From contig CAYWIE010000004.1 in the NCBI GenBank assembly GCA_964458275.1, positions 3,459 through 67,458 on the forward strand: DNA of 64,000 nt, read 5' to 3'. Each line of letters begins with the position of its first letter. Within the stretch, counting starts at the first letter, position 1. This document shows positions 45,475 to 56,028 of this stretch, piece by piece. The notes under the pieces were generated by a model. It saw only the letters and a list, made by a program, of their open reading frames with translations. It was not told the DNA's origin and did not search any database. Origin of the DNA: an uncultured Bacteroidaceae bacterium. Lineage in GTDB: Bacteria > Bacteroidota > Bacteroidia > Bacteroidales > Bacteroidaceae. The position numbers and the translations under genes were made by a program.

Positions 45475-46677
45475 ATGAGCAAGAAAAAAGTAGTGGTAGC
45501 CTTCAGTGGCGGTCTCGATACATCATTCACCGTAATGTACCTCGCACGCGAGAAGGGTTACGAAGTATATGCTGCTTGTGCAAACACAGGTGGCTTCAGC
45601 GAAGAGCAGCTGAAACAGAACGAAGAGAATGCCTATAAATTGGGCGCAGTGAAATATGTTACACTCGACGTAACAAAAGAGTACTATGAGAAGAGCCTCA
45701 AATATATGATATACGGCAATGTGTTGCGTAACGGCACATACCCTATATCGGTATCATCTGAGCGCATCTTCCAAGCTATGGCGATTGCCCGCTATGCAAA
45801 CGAAATAGGTGCATCGGCTATTGCACACGGTTCGACAGGTGCAGGCAACGACCAGATTCGTTTCGACATGACATTCCTTGTGCTCGCTCCCAACGTAGAG
45901 ATAATCACTCTCACACGCGACATGACACTCACACGCGAATATGAGATAAACTATCTTAACGAGCATGGATTCTCGGCAGATTTCACAAAACTCAAATATT
46001 CTTACAATGTAGGTATCTGGGGAACATCAATCTGCGGCGGAGAGATTCTCGACTCAAAACAGGGACTTCCCGAAAACGCATACCTCAAGCAGATAACAAA
46101 GGAGGGAAGCGAGGAACTTAAACTCACATTCGACAAGGGTATTCTCACAGCCGTAAACGGCGAGACATTCGACGACCCCATCAAAGCTATCCAGAAGGTC
46201 GAGGAGATTGGTGCTGCATACGGTATCGGACGTGATATGCACGTAGGCGATACAATCATCGGTATCAAAGGACGTGTAGGCTTCGAGGCGGCAGCTCCCA
46301 TGCTCATCATCGGTGCGCACAAATTCCTTGAGAAATACACTCTCAGCAAGTGGCAGCAGTACTGGAAAGATCAGGTAGCGAACTGGTACGGCATGTTCCT
46401 GCATGAGAGCCAGTATCTTGAGCCTGTGATGCGCGACATTGAGGCAATGCTCGAAAGCTCACAACGCAATGTTACAGGTACAGCAATCCTTCAGCTCTTC
46501 CCGAAAGGCTTCTCTACTGTGGGCGTGGATTCACCCTGCGACCTTGTAAAGACAAAATTCGGCGAATACGGAGAGATACAGAAGGGCTGGACAGCAGAGG
46601 ATGCAAAGGGATTCATCAAGGTAACATCTACTCCTTTGCGTGTATATCACAGCAATCATCCCGACGAACAGATTTAA
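45475..46677 (+). CDS. argG: argininosuccinate synthase
   Basis: 400-aa ORF. VVVAFSGGLDTS is the PP-loop motif, and HGSTGAGNDQIRF is present. Confidence 0.95.
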   Translation: MSKKKVVVAFSGGLDTSFTVMYLAREKGYEVYAACANTGGFSEEQLKQNEENAYKLGAVKYVTLDVTKEYYEKSLKYMIYGNVLRNGTYPISVSSERIFQAMAIARYANEIGASAIAHGSTGAGNDQIRFDMTFLVLAPNVEIITLTRDMTLTREYEINYLNEHGFSADFTKLKYSYNVGIWGTSICGGEILDSKQGLPENAYLKQITKEGSEELKLTFDKGILTAVNGETFDDPIKAIQKVEEIGAAYGIGRDMHVGDTIIGIKGRVGFEAAAPMLIIGAHKFLEKYTLSKWQQYWKDQVANWYGMFLHESQYLEPVMRDIEAMLESSQRNVTGTAILQLFPKGFSTVGVDSPCDLVKTKFGEYGEIQKGWTAEDAKGFIKVTSTPLRVYHSNHPDEQI

Positions 46678-46695
46678 TAGCATTAATAAACAGAC

Positions 46696-47664
46696 ATGAT
46701 AAAAGTTGGAATTATTGGTGGAGCAGGTTATACAGCAGGCGAACTTATACGTCTGCTGCTCAACCACCCCGAAGTAGAAATAGTTTTTATAAACAGCAGC
46801 AGCAATGCCGGCAACCGCATCACAGATGTGCATTGCGGACTCTTGGGCGAGACGGATCTTACATTCACCGATCAGTTGCCCTTCGATGCGATAGATGTGC
46901 TCTTCTTCTGCACGGCCCATGGCGATACAAAGAAATTCCTTGAGCGCGAGCAGTTGCCCGATGAGCTCAAGGTCATCGACCTCTCTATGGACTTCCGTCT
47001 GAAGAGCCCCGAACACGACTTCATATACGGTCTTCCCGAACTCAACCGTCGCGACACATGCAAACGCCGTTATGTAGCCAATCCCGGCTGTTTCGCAACC
47101 TGCATAGAGCTTGGACTTCTGCCGTTGGCAAAGGAGCATCTTCTCAATGGCGACGTTTCGGTAAATGCCATCACCGGTTCAACAGGCGCAGGCGTGAAGC
47201 CTTCGACAACCACACATTTCAGCTGGCGCAACAACAATATGAGCATCTACAAGCCTTTCGAGCATCAGCATGTGCCTGAGATTATGCAGAGCATCAAACA
47301 GTTGCAGCCCGACTTTGATGGTTCAATTGATTTTATCCCCTATCGTGGTGACTTTGCACGCGGAATTTTTGCAACCCTTGTTGTGAAGTGCGACCTCGAC
47401 ATTGAGACAATCAAAAAGCTCTATATAAGCTACTATGAGCGCGACTCGTTTACACACGTGGTCGACAAGCCCGTAGACCTCAAGCAGGTTGTAAACACAA
47501 ACAAGTGTCTTATCCACTTGCAGAAGTTTGGCAACAAACTGCTTATAACATCGGTGATAGACAATCTTCTGAAGGGTGCCAGCGGACAGGCAGTGCACAA
47601 TATGAACCTGCTTTTCGGACTCGAAGAGACAGTTGGTCTTCGTCTGAAACCTTCAGCGTTCTAA
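46696..47664 (+). CDS. argC: N-acyl-gamma-glutamyl-phosphate reductase
   Basis: 322-aa ORF with IIGGAGYTAGELIRLL and the active-site region VANPGCFATC. Confidence 0.9.
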   Translation: MIKVGIIGGAGYTAGELIRLLLNHPEVEIVFINSSSNAGNRITDVHCGLLGETDLTFTDQLPFDAIDVLFFCTAHGDTKKFLEREQLPDELKVIDLSMDFRLKSPEHDFIYGLPELNRRDTCKRRYVANPGCFATCIELGLLPLAKEHLLNGDVSVNAITGSTGAGVKPSTTTHFSWRNNNMSIYKPFEHQHVPEIMQSIKQLQPDFDGSIDFIPYRGDFARGIFATLVVKCDLDIETIKKLYISYYERDSFTHVVDKPVDLKQVVNTNKCLIHLQKFGNKLLITSVIDNLLKGASGQAVHNMNLLFGLEETVGLRLKPSAF

Positions 47665-47681
47665 ATAAATAACAGATACTT

Positions 47682-48806
47682 ATGGACTTATATAACGTAT
47701 ATCCCCTTTTCGACATTAATATAGTAAAGGGCGAGGGCTGCAAGGTGTGGGACGACAAAGGTACCGAATATCTCGACCTCTATGGCGGTCATGCGGTAAT
47801 CTCCATCGGACATGCCCACCCGCATTATGTTGAATCTATTTCGTCGCAGGTGCAGAAACTTGGTTTCTACTCAAACTCGGTGATAAACAAATTGCAGTCG
47901 GCTGTAGCCGAAAAGCTCGGTCGTCTGTCGGGTTATGAGGATTACAGTGCATTCTTTGTGAACTCAGGCGCTGAGGCAAACGAGAATGCATTGAAACTGG
48001 CATCTTTCACCAATGGACGCACACGTGTGATTTCTTTCAAAAAGGCGTTCCATGGACGTACATCGCTGGCGGTTGAGGTTACAGACAATGCAAAGATTAT
48101 TGCTCCTATCAACAGCAATAGCCATGCAACCTATCTCCCCTTGAACGATATTGAGGCAGTACGCACAGAACTTGCCAAAGGCGACGTTGCGGCTGTCATC
48201 ATAGAGGGTATTCAGGGTATCGGAGGCATTGTTGTTCCGCAGCCCGAATTCCTGCAACAGTTGCAGAAAGCATGTGAGGAGACCGGTACAGTGCTTGTGC
48301 TCGATGAAATTCAGAGTGGATACTGCCGTAGCGGAAAATTCTTTGCCCATCAGTGGGCTGGCATACGCCCCGACATTATAACAGTGGCAAAGGGCATTGC
48401 CAACGGATTTCCTATGGGTGCAGTGCTCATAAGCCCCAAGTTCACCCCTGTGTTCGGACAGTTGGGAACCACATTCGGCGGCAATCATCTTGCTTGTGCA
48501 GCGGCTCAGGCGGTACTCGATGTCATAGAGGACGAGAATCTTCTTGACAATGTGAATAAGGTGGGCGACTATCTTATTGCGGAGCTGAAGAAATTCTCTG
48601 CCATCAAAGAGGTTCGCGGCAAGGGATTGATGATTGGTCTCGAATTCGAAGAGCCCATCAAGGAGATTCGCACCCGTCTGCTTTTCGAGGAGCATGTCTT
48701 CACAGGTGTCAGCGGTACGAATGTAATCCGTCTGCTTCCTCCTTTGAGCCTAAGCATGGAGCAGGCTGCGGAGTTTATTGCCCGCTTGAAAAAGGTGCTG
48801 GGATAA
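47682..48806 (+). CDS. argD: acetyl/succinyl-ornithine aminotransferase (class III PLP)
   Basis: 374-aa ORF with GGHAVISIGHAHP, DEIQSGYCRSGKFF and the PLP-lysine region DIITVAKGIANG. Confidence 0.9.
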   Translation: MDLYNVYPLFDINIVKGEGCKVWDDKGTEYLDLYGGHAVISIGHAHPHYVESISSQVQKLGFYSNSVINKLQSAVAEKLGRLSGYEDYSAFFVNSGAEANENALKLASFTNGRTRVISFKKAFHGRTSLAVEVTDNAKIIAPINSNSHATYLPLNDIEAVRTELAKGDVAAVIIEGIQGIGGIVVPQPEFLQQLQKACEETGTVLVLDEIQSGYCRSGKFFAHQWAGIRPDIITVAKGIANGFPMGAVLISPKFTPVFGQLGTTFGGNHLACAAAQAVLDVIEDENLLDNVNKVGDYLIAELKKFSAIKEVRGKGLMIGLEFEEPIKEIRTRLLFEEHVFTGVSGTNVIRLLPPLSLSMEQAAEFIARLKKVLG

Positions 48807-48820
48807 TAATTCCGATATGT

Positions 48821-48876
48821 CATCATAATAAAAGCATTGCGGCATATAAGTACGCCGCAATGCTTTTATTATGATG
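48821..48876 (+). terminator. intrinsic terminator of the arg operon
   Basis: Perfect 23-bp arms, CATCATAATAAAAGCATTGCGGC / GCCGCAATGCTTTTATTATGATG, with a 10-nt loop. Confidence 0.85.
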
Positions 48877-49084
48877 CTTACAGTGGAGACAGTCCCCGAA
48901 TAATCCCTAAATAAATTTTAAACAGCTTCTTGTAATAAACCCGATTAATAATTTTGATGTTGCATAAAATGTATTAATTTTGCGATAGTTTAGAGAATGT
49001 TGGATTTTTTTCATAGAGATGACATCTCTAATTGTAAACAAGGCTATTGATGCAATATATACAAACCATAATAAACAAACTGAA

Positions 49085-50101
49085 ATGAAAATTCTATTGA
49101 CAGGTGGTGCGGGCTTCATCGGAAGTCACACCTTGATTGAACTTACAGAAGCCGGTCATGAGGCTGTAGTAGTTGACAACTTGGACAACTCTTCTCCCAT
49201 CTCACTGAAGCGCGTGGCTAAGATTATCGGAAAGGATGTACCTTTCTACAAGGTTGACATCCGCGATCGCGAAGGCTTGCAGAAGGTGTTCGACGAGCAC
49301 AAGTTCGATGCTTGTATCCACTTTGCCGGTTTGAAGGCTGTGGGTGAGAGCTGTGCCAAGCCTCTTGAGTATTACGAGAACAACATGAATGGTACATTCG
49401 TTCTTGTTGACGTAATGCGTAAGAATGGTTGCAAGAATATCATTTTCTCTTCAAGTGCAACCGTATACGGCGATCCCGCTATCATTCCTATCACAGAAGA
49501 GTGCCCCAAAGGAAAATGTACAAACCCCTACGGGCAGACAAAATCTATGCTTGAGGAGGTTCTTTTGGATGTTCAGAAGGCAGACAACGAGTGGAATGTA
49601 GTGCTTCTCCGTTACTTCAACCCCATTGGTGCACACAAGAGCGGTACAATCGGCGAGAATCCCAACGGCATTCCCAACAACTTGATGCCTTACATTACAC
49701 AGACAGCTGTGGGCAAACGTGCCGAACTTGGAGTTTTCGGTGATGACTATGATACACACGATGGTACAGGTGTACGCGACTACATCCACGTGGTAGACCT
49801 CGCTCGCGCTCACGTTGCTGCATTGAAGGCAATTGTAGAGAAGAAGGGTGCTGCTGTTTACAACATCGGTACAGGCCATGGTTATTCTGTGCTCGACGTT
49901 GTGAAGGCTTTCGAGAAGGTAAACGGTGTTCCCGTTCCCTATTCAATCAAGCCCCGTCGTCCGGGCGACATCGCCACATGTTACTGCAACCCCGCAAAGG
50001 CTGAGGCAGAACTCGGATGGAAAGCCGAATTCGGTATCGAGGAGATGTGCCGCGACAGCTGGAACTGGCAGAAGAACAATCCCAACGGATTCGAGGAATA
50101 A
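49085..50101 (+). CDS. galE: UDP-glucose 4-epimerase
   Basis: Start at [15 protein letters not shown] (Rossmann GxxGxxG). The YGQTK catalytic YxxxK is present. The remainder of the sequence also reads as GalE-like. Confidence 0.95.
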   Translation: MKILLTGGAGFIGSHTLIELTEAGHEAVVVDNLDNSSPISLKRVAKIIGKDVPFYKVDIRDREGLQKVFDEHKFDACIHFAGLKAVGESCAKPLEYYENNMNGTFVLVDVMRKNGCKNIIFSSSATVYGDPAIIPITEECPKGKCTNPYGQTKSMLEEVLLDVQKADNEWNVVLLRYFNPIGAHKSGTIGENPNGIPNNLMPYITQTAVGKRAELGVFGDDYDTHDGTGVRDYIHVVDLARAHVAALKAIVEKKGAAVYNIGTGHGYSVLDVVKAFEKVNGVPVPYSIKPRRPGDIATCYCNPAKAEAELGWKAEFGIEEMCRDSWNWQKNNPNGFEE

Positions 50102-50113
50102 TATATAGCTTAT

Positions 50114-50163
50114 CCCTATCAACATCAAAAGCGCCTTGCAAGGCGCTTTTGATGTTGATAGGG
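50114..50163. terminator. bidirectional terminator (galE / sufE convergent)
   Basis: Perfect 22-bp arms, CCCTATCAACATCAAAAGCGCC / GGCGCTTTTGATGTTGATAGGG, with loop TTGCAA. Confidence 0.85.
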
Positions 50164-50232
50164 GCTTCGTGCCGCTTCAAGAAACGTTTGTTATATCCAT
50201 ATATATTTCTATAGTGGATTGCTGTATTTTTC

Positions 50233-50667
50233 CTACATCTGTTCTTTCTTTGCTTTGAATGCAAGCGCATATATGCGCATCTGCTTAATCATAGAGACAA
50301 GTCCGTTGCTGCGTGTAGGTGAGAGATGTTCTTTCAGTCCGATTGCCTCAACAAAGTATGGCTCGTTGTCGAGAATCTCTTCGGGTGTGTGTCCTGAGTA
50401 GACCTTCACAAGCAACGAAACAATGCCTTTTACTATCAGTGCGTCGCTTTCGGCAAGGAAGCGTACAGTACCGTCCTCCATGAGGTCGGCTTGCAGCCAC
50501 ACACGGCTCTGGCAACCTTCAATCAGATTGTCGTCGCTTTTATATTCTTCTTCCAATGGCGGCTGTTCGCTGCCGAGGTCAATCAACAGCTGATAGCGGT
50601 CCATCCAATCGTCGAATGTGCTGAATTCTTCGATTATCTCCTCCTGTTTCTCTTTTATGGTGCTCAT
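50233..50667 (-). CDS. sufE: SufE-family cysteine desulfuration protein
   Basis: 144-aa ORF. The IEGCQSRVWL active-site Cys motif and LSPTRSNGL are present. Confidence 0.85.
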   Translation of the reverse strand: MSTIKEKQEEIIEEFSTFDDWMDRYQLLIDLGSEQPPLEEEYKSDDNLIEGCQSRVWLQADLMEDGTVRFLAESDALIVKGIVSLLVKVYSGHTPEEILDNEPYFVEAIGLKEHLSPTRSNGLVSMIKQMRIYALAFKAKKEQM

Positions 50668-50682
50668 TGTTAATTCTCTTTG

Positions 50683-51702
50683 TTATCTTCTCTTTTCGTT
50701 ATAAATAACGGCAAGTACAGTCTCGCCTACGGCGCGAAGGCTCTCGCGGTCAATCCAGTCCATGTCGTCCTTTATCGTATGGTGATATTTGCCAAAGCCG
50801 TTCTCACTCTCATTGTCGTAGTTGATAATGTCTACACAGGGCAATCCCATGAATTCGTTTACATAGAAGTGGTCGTCGGTAACGTACCCGCCTTTTTCGT
50901 TAATGAAATATTTTGCGTGCCCAATCTTGTGTGCCATATCCCATATTTTGTCGACAATATTGCCGGCATATGCCACAGAGATGCCCTCTTTGTAGAATGT
51001 GGAGCCGGGTGCTCCTACAAGGTCGAGCAGTATGCCGTAGCGGGCATTGTAGCCGCTCTTGTGGGGGCGGCGCGACCAATATTGCGAGCCTAAAGCCCAT
51101 GAGTGGTCCATGCTCTCTCTTGTGGGGTCGTCGTCAGCATTGTGGGTGCCGTAATCCTCAGCGTCGAAGAGGATTATGTCTATTCCCAATTCCGTCGGGA
51201 CGGTGGAGAGGGCACGTGCAATCTCCATCAGCACTCCTACTCCGCTTGCGCCGTCGTTGGCGCCGAGAATAGGCGTACGATGTTTTGATGCGTTGGGGTC
51301 AGAGTCTGCCCACGGACGGCTGTCCCAATGGGCGCAGAGCATTATGCGGCTTTTGTTCTCAGGCTGGAACTGCGCGATTATGTTGCGTGCCTGAAGCTTT
51401 GTGCCGTCGTATGCTACAAGTTCTGTCTCTTGGTTGATAACCTCGGCACCATACTCTTTGAACTTTGATGCGAGGTAGTCGCCGCAGGCGCGGTGCTCCT
51501 TGCTGTTGGGTACGCGGGGACCGAAGTCTACTTGCGCTTTCACAAATGAATAGGCACTGTCGGCATTGAACGCAGGGACAACCATAGCTGCGGCAACAGT
51601 TTCAGGCTGTGCTGTGGCGGTCTTCTCTTTTTCGGCGTTCCCTTTGCAGCCTGTCGCTATCAGTGCAGCCATGCAGAGTATGACAGAAAATATTTTTTTC
51701 AT
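50683..51702 (-). CDS. glutaminyl-peptide cyclotransferase (M28-fold, lipoprotein)
   Basis: [19 protein letters not shown] lipobox. FNADSAYSFVKAQVDFGPRVPNS, AHWDSRPWAD, GANDGASGVGVLMEIAR, LGSQYWS and IDIINY are collinear with the Porphyromonas gingivalis type II QC as I recall it. Confidence 0.8.
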   Translation of the reverse strand: MKKIFSVILCMAALIATGCKGNAEKEKTATAQPETVAAAMVVPAFNADSAYSFVKAQVDFGPRVPNSKEHRACGDYLASKFKEYGAEVINQETELVAYDGTKLQARNIIAQFQPENKSRIMLCAHWDSRPWADSDPNASKHRTPILGANDGASGVGVLMEIARALSTVPTELGIDIILFDAEDYGTHNADDDPTRESMDHSWALGSQYWSRRPHKSGYNARYGILLDLVGAPGSTFYKEGISVAYAGNIVDKIWDMAHKIGHAKYFINEKGGYVTDDHFYVNEFMGLPCVDIINYDNESENGFGKYHHTIKDDMDWIDRESLRAVGETVLAVIYNEKRR

Positions 51703-53177
51703 TATTTGTTCAGTTTCCAGGTGGTGCCGTCTTTTGTGTCCTTAATCTCGAAGCCGAGTGCGGCGAGGGTGTCGCGTATCTTGTCGCTGGTAGCCCAGTC
51801 TTTGTTCGCTTTTGCAACGAGACGCTGTTCGAGCAGCATGTCTACAACCTTTCCGAATGCCTCTTCGCGGCCGTTTGACGAGCCTCGCTCTTCGCGCAGA
51901 CCGAGAATGTCGAACATGAAGAGATTGTATGTCTCTTTCAGCTCTGCAAGGTCGGCTGCCGAGATTGTTGCTTTCTTGTCTGCAATCTGGTTGATTGCGC
52001 GTGAAGCATCGAAGAGGTGCGAAATTACAAGTGCTGTGTTCATGTCGTCGTTCATTGCATCGTAGCATTTCTTGCGGAGCGATGAAACTTCTACTGTCGT
52101 TTCTGCTCCTGCTGCAATGCCGTTGAGGGTCTTCAGTGCATCCATCAGGCGCTGCAATCCCTTTTCTGATGCTTGCAGTGCGTCGTTGCTGAAGTCTACA
52201 GTGCTGCGATAGTGTGCCTGCAGGATGAAGAAGCGTATGGTCATGGGCGAGTAAGCCTGTGCGAGCAGTTTGTGTGTGCCCTCGAAGAATTCTGAGAGTG
52301 TGATGAAGTTGCCCAATGATTTTCCCATCTTCGTGCCGTTGATGGTTATCATGTTGTTGTGCATCCAATATTTAACTACCTGATGTCCCATTGCTGCCAC
52401 GCCCTGTGCGATTTCACATTCGTGGTGGGGGAATACAAGGTCCATGCCGCCGCCGTGTATGTCGAAGTCTTCGCCGAGGTACTTGCGTCCCATGGCTGTA
52501 CATTCGCAGTGCCATCCGGGGAATCCGTCGCTCCACGGAGAGGGCCAGCGCATAATGTGTTCGGGTTGTGCGCATTTCCACAGTGCAAAGTCGGCGGGAT
52601 TGCGTTTTTCGCTCTGTCCGTCAAGTTCGCGTGTGGTGTTGAGTACGTCGTCGAGGTTGCGTCCCGAAAGGATGCCGTACTTGTGTGCCTTATCGTATTT
52701 GGAGACATCGAAGTATACCGACCCTTCGCTGACGTATGCAAAGCCGTTGTCGATTATCTCCTTGACAAGTTCTATCTGCTCTATGATGTGTCCCGATGCG
52801 TGAGGCTCAATGCTGGGGGGGAGTACATTCAGCGCTTCCATTGCTTTGTGGTAGCGCAGGGTGTAGTATTGTACCACTTCCATTGGTTCAAGCTGTTCGA
52901 GACGTGCCTTTTTTGCTATTTTGTCCTCGCCCTCGTCTGCATCGTGCTCAAGATGGCCTACATCTGTGATGTTTCTTACGTAGCGTACCTTGTAGCCGAT
53001 GTTTGTGAGGTAGCGGAATAGCACGTCAAATGTTATTGCAGGGCGTGCATGTCCTAAATGGGCGTCGCCGTAGACGGTGGGACCGCAGACGTAGAGTCCT
53101 ACGTTGGGTGCGTTCAGGGGTACGAATTCTTCTTTTTTACGCGTCAGCGTATTGTATATCATGAATTTGTTTTCCAT
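51702..53177 (-). CDS. cysS: cysteine--tRNA ligase
   Basis: 491-aa ORF with the HIGH motif ([10 protein letters not shown] region, HLGH) and KMSKS as [23 protein letters not shown] is present. Confidence 0.95.
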   Translation of the reverse strand: MENKFMIYNTLTRKKEEFVPLNAPNVGLYVCGPTVYGDAHLGHARPAITFDVLFRYLTNIGYKVRYVRNITDVGHLEHDADEGEDKIAKKARLEQLEPMEVVQYYTLRYHKAMEALNVLPPSIEPHASGHIIEQIELVKEIIDNGFAYVSEGSVYFDVSKYDKAHKYGILSGRNLDDVLNTTRELDGQSEKRNPADFALWKCAQPEHIMRWPSPWSDGFPGWHCECTAMGRKYLGEDFDIHGGGMDLVFPHHECEIAQGVAAMGHQVVKYWMHNNMITINGTKMGKSLGNFITLSEFFEGTHKLLAQAYSPMTIRFFILQAHYRSTVDFSNDALQASEKGLQRLMDALKTLNGIAAGAETTVEVSSLRKKCYDAMNDDMNTALVISHLFDASRAINQIADKKATISAADLAELKETYNLFMFDILGLREERGSSNGREEAFGKVVDMLLEQRLVAKANKDWATSDKIRDTLAALGFEIKDTKDGTTWKLNK

Positions 53178-53203
53178 AGGAGTATGTTGTTTGCTTGTTA
53201 ATT

Positions 53204-54025
53204 CTATTTTTGTGGCATCAGCGGGTATAGCAGTCCGCGATAGCTTGTGAGTTTGGCTTTTGCAGAGCCGAAGTTCAGTGCAAGGTCGAGCAGTATGGGG
53301 AGCTTGTTGGCATCGTCTGTTACGTGGAAGTTTACAATATCCTGCTCCTTCCCTTTCTTGTCATATTCAACAAGTGATACTGTTATGCAGTTGTATTTTA
53401 TCTCCTTGTCGCTCTCCATGACTGTCTTTCCGCGATATATAAGGTGTTGTGTCTCTATCCGTTTGCCGGTTGCAACGGGGAAGGAGAGACGTTCGCCCTT
53501 TTTCATTTTCGAAAAGTCTATGGTGCGGGCATAGGCGAGCAGGCTCATCATGTCGTATACGGGTGTTGCACTTTTGTCCGTCCGTTGGCGTATCTCTTCT
53601 TTGTTGCGGCGGAAGCTTTGCCGGATGGTTATGCTGTCCTTGTCGCTGTAGTCGTACCAGACCTGATTGAGGTAGTAGTGTTTGCCCTCTTCTGAGGCCT
53701 TGCGATAGTAGAGGGGACGCATGTCAGGCGTGAATATGGTTGTCAGCGTGTCGCGCATCTTGAAGAAAGCGTCGGCGCGACGGTTGGTGCTGCTCAACAG
53801 TGACATATACATCGCCTTCTTGCCTTCGAAGATGGTGTCGCGTATGATGAGTCCGGCATTTCCGGCTCTTACCCATACGAATTTCCAGTTGAAGTAAAGG
53901 TTACATTCAAGCGTTTCGCCGGCTTTGAAGGCTGGCTTGGTCCTTATTGTTGCAGCATTTGAAGAGATAGCTGTGATGAAAACTATCAGTGTGAATATCA
54001 ATATGCTTATCTTGTGTCTTTTCAT
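53204..54025 (-). CDS. DUF3108-like secreted protein
   Basis: 273-aa ORF with a signal peptide. The family call rests on size, context and general resemblance only. Confidence 0.5.
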   Translation of the reverse strand: MKRHKISILIFTLIVFITAISSNAATIRTKPAFKAGETLECNLYFNWKFVWVRAGNAGLIIRDTIFEGKKAMYMSLLSSTNRRADAFFKMRDTLTTIFTPDMRPLYYRKASEEGKHYYLNQVWYDYSDKDSITIRQSFRRNKEEIRQRTDKSATPVYDMMSLLAYARTIDFSKMKKGERLSFPVATGKRIETQHLIYRGKTVMESDKEIKYNCITVSLVEYDKKGKEQDIVNFHVTDDANKLPILLDLALNFGSAKAKLTSYRGLLYPLMPQK

Positions 54026-54027
54026 TT

Positions 54028-55950
54028 TTATTTGAATTTGCGTTCAGCGTTTCTGTTACGTTTCGCTTTTTTACGCTCCGGTTTCTGCTTAGTTATTTCC
54101 AACGGCTTTTGCTTTTCGGGCGCAAGCTTGATGTTCCAGTCGTCCTGATCGTACTCGAACATGGCGCGCAGTTCTATCGGACGGGGATAGTAATACATGT
54201 ATTCGGGCTGGCGTTTCTCGTCGTAGCTGCCGGTATCCCATTTGCCGTTGCCGTTGCTGTCCATGAAGAGCCGCATGTAGTATTTTTCGGGACGCACGAA
54301 ATAGAAAGAGCATCTGTTCTTCTCTGTGCGTTGCGATGCTACGGGGTTGCCTTCTTTGTTGAGCAGCTCGACTACGGCGTTGTTTGCCGTGCCCGGGATG
54401 TTAAGATGCAGCACTGCATATTCGTCAAGTGTCTTGTACTTTATCTCCTGGCTTATTGCATGTGTGGTGCTGCCGTACAGTCCTTTGAATGCAGCCGAGT
54501 CTATCTCAATCTTGTATTGTTCTCCGGGACGCCATTCGGCATATATTATGTAGTCGCGTATGTTCTTTTCCGATTGGCGGAATACGTATGGTATCGGCGT
54601 TGCTACCGAGTCGACGATTAGGCTCAGGTGTATAGCTGAGGTGTCTATCGCTGTCAGCGGCTGTTCGAACGTTATTACGCAGTTGTTGTTGAGGTCCATT
54701 GCCGAACCTATGTTTGTCTTTATTTTCAGCGGCTCGACGGGAGGAATGTATTTGGGAGGATTCTCCTTGTCGTAGCCTTTTTCCCGGCGTGCGGCTTTGA
54801 GGAACGCTTTTTCTGCCTCTTCGAATCTTTGTTTCTCTTCTTCGAGGATGCGTGCACGGCTTTTGCGGGGAATCAGTCTCACTGTGTCGCTGCGTGGATG
54901 GTATATTTCCATCGAGTCGGGCGACATGTATGTTATCTCTACTGTGAGGGTGTCTCTGTTGTATATTGTGCTGTCCTTTATCCAATACAGAATAGTGTCG
55001 TTGGTAGCGTTAGCCTCTGCTATGAACGCATCATCGGCATTGAAATCCAAACCGCGTATAGTGGGCAGAGTGTCTGCGGCTTCAGAGAAGAAGAGCTTGA
55101 AGTTCTTGTGATTGTCGCGCGGGTTTTTTATAAGGTATTGCTGTTTCAGCGGGACCTGGAAGGCGCGCAATACGATGTTGTCGGGTTGCAGACGAGTGTA
55201 TTTCACCCTCTTCACTGTGTCGATTGTGAGGCTGTCGTGCCATACAGTGTCGTTGCGCCATGCGGGGGTGGCAAAGGGTACAACGAGCGAATCGAGGTAT
55301 GCAATCTTTTCGCTTTTCTGGTCGAACTTGTAGTTGCCGTTTGCATCGGCGAGGGCGTACATGCGGTATTTGCCGGGCGCGATGCCGCGCATGTAGAAGC
55401 GTCCGCGACTGTCGGTGCGTGATATGCGCTCAAAGGGCTTGGTCTTGAAGGCGCTGTCCGAGAGGTCGCTGTGAATGCCTACAAGTATGCCTTTTATGGG
55501 TTCGAGGTTCGATGCTTCGAGCACAGTTCCTGATACTCCAAGCGTGTCGACTGTGTTGCCGGTGGAGAATACGAACGAGAATGCCTCTAACGGGTTGTTC
55601 TCGTTGTTGTCCACTATGGCATCGTTGAAGTCTATTGTGTACGTGGTTGATGGCTTGAGGCTGTCGAGCAGTTCCACGCTGATACGTTTGCCGTTGGCCT
55701 TTATTTCGGGCTGCTGCATCTGCGGGGGGGAGACAACTATCTTTTCGTATGCGTTCTGCAATTTTATGAATTCGTCAAACTCAAGCGTTATCTTGTTTTC
55801 CGAAGCGTTTGTGGCATTGGCTCCAGGGGTGGATGTCAGAAAAATCGGGGGGGTCTCGTCGTATGGACCTCCGTCGGGTGTACCTATGCTTGCGCAGGCT
55901 GCAACAAGCAGTATTGCTGTATATATTATTATGCTATTCTTTAAAGACAT
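54028..55950 (-). CDS. Ig-like (SbsA/Big_5-type) domain lipoprotein
   Basis: 640-aa ORF. LLVAACASIGTPDGGPYDETPP is a lipobox followed by the typical N-terminus of this Bacteroidetes family. Confidence 0.6.
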   Translation of the reverse strand: MSLKNSIIIYTAILLVAACASIGTPDGGPYDETPPIFLTSTPGANATNASENKITLEFDEFIKLQNAYEKIVVSPPQMQQPEIKANGKRISVELLDSLKPSTTYTIDFNDAIVDNNENNPLEAFSFVFSTGNTVDTLGVSGTVLEASNLEPIKGILVGIHSDLSDSAFKTKPFERISRTDSRGRFYMRGIAPGKYRMYALADANGNYKFDQKSEKIAYLDSLVVPFATPAWRNDTVWHDSLTIDTVKRVKYTRLQPDNIVLRAFQVPLKQQYLIKNPRDNHKNFKLFFSEAADTLPTIRGLDFNADDAFIAEANATNDTILYWIKDSTIYNRDTLTVEITYMSPDSMEIYHPRSDTVRLIPRKSRARILEEEKQRFEEAEKAFLKAARREKGYDKENPPKYIPPVEPLKIKTNIGSAMDLNNNCVITFEQPLTAIDTSAIHLSLIVDSVATPIPYVFRQSEKNIRDYIIYAEWRPGEQYKIEIDSAAFKGLYGSTTHAISQEIKYKTLDEYAVLHLNIPGTANNAVVELLNKEGNPVASQRTEKNRCSFYFVRPEKYYMRLFMDSNGNGKWDTGSYDEKRQPEYMYYYPRPIELRAMFEYDQDDWNIKLAPEKQKPLEITKQKPERKKAKRNRNAERKFK

Positions 55951-56028
55951 AGCTTTTTGCTTTTGTTTTTGGGCGGGTTCTTCTTACCCCGTTGTTATTA
56001 ATATCAGGAACCGTTACGATAGAGCTCC

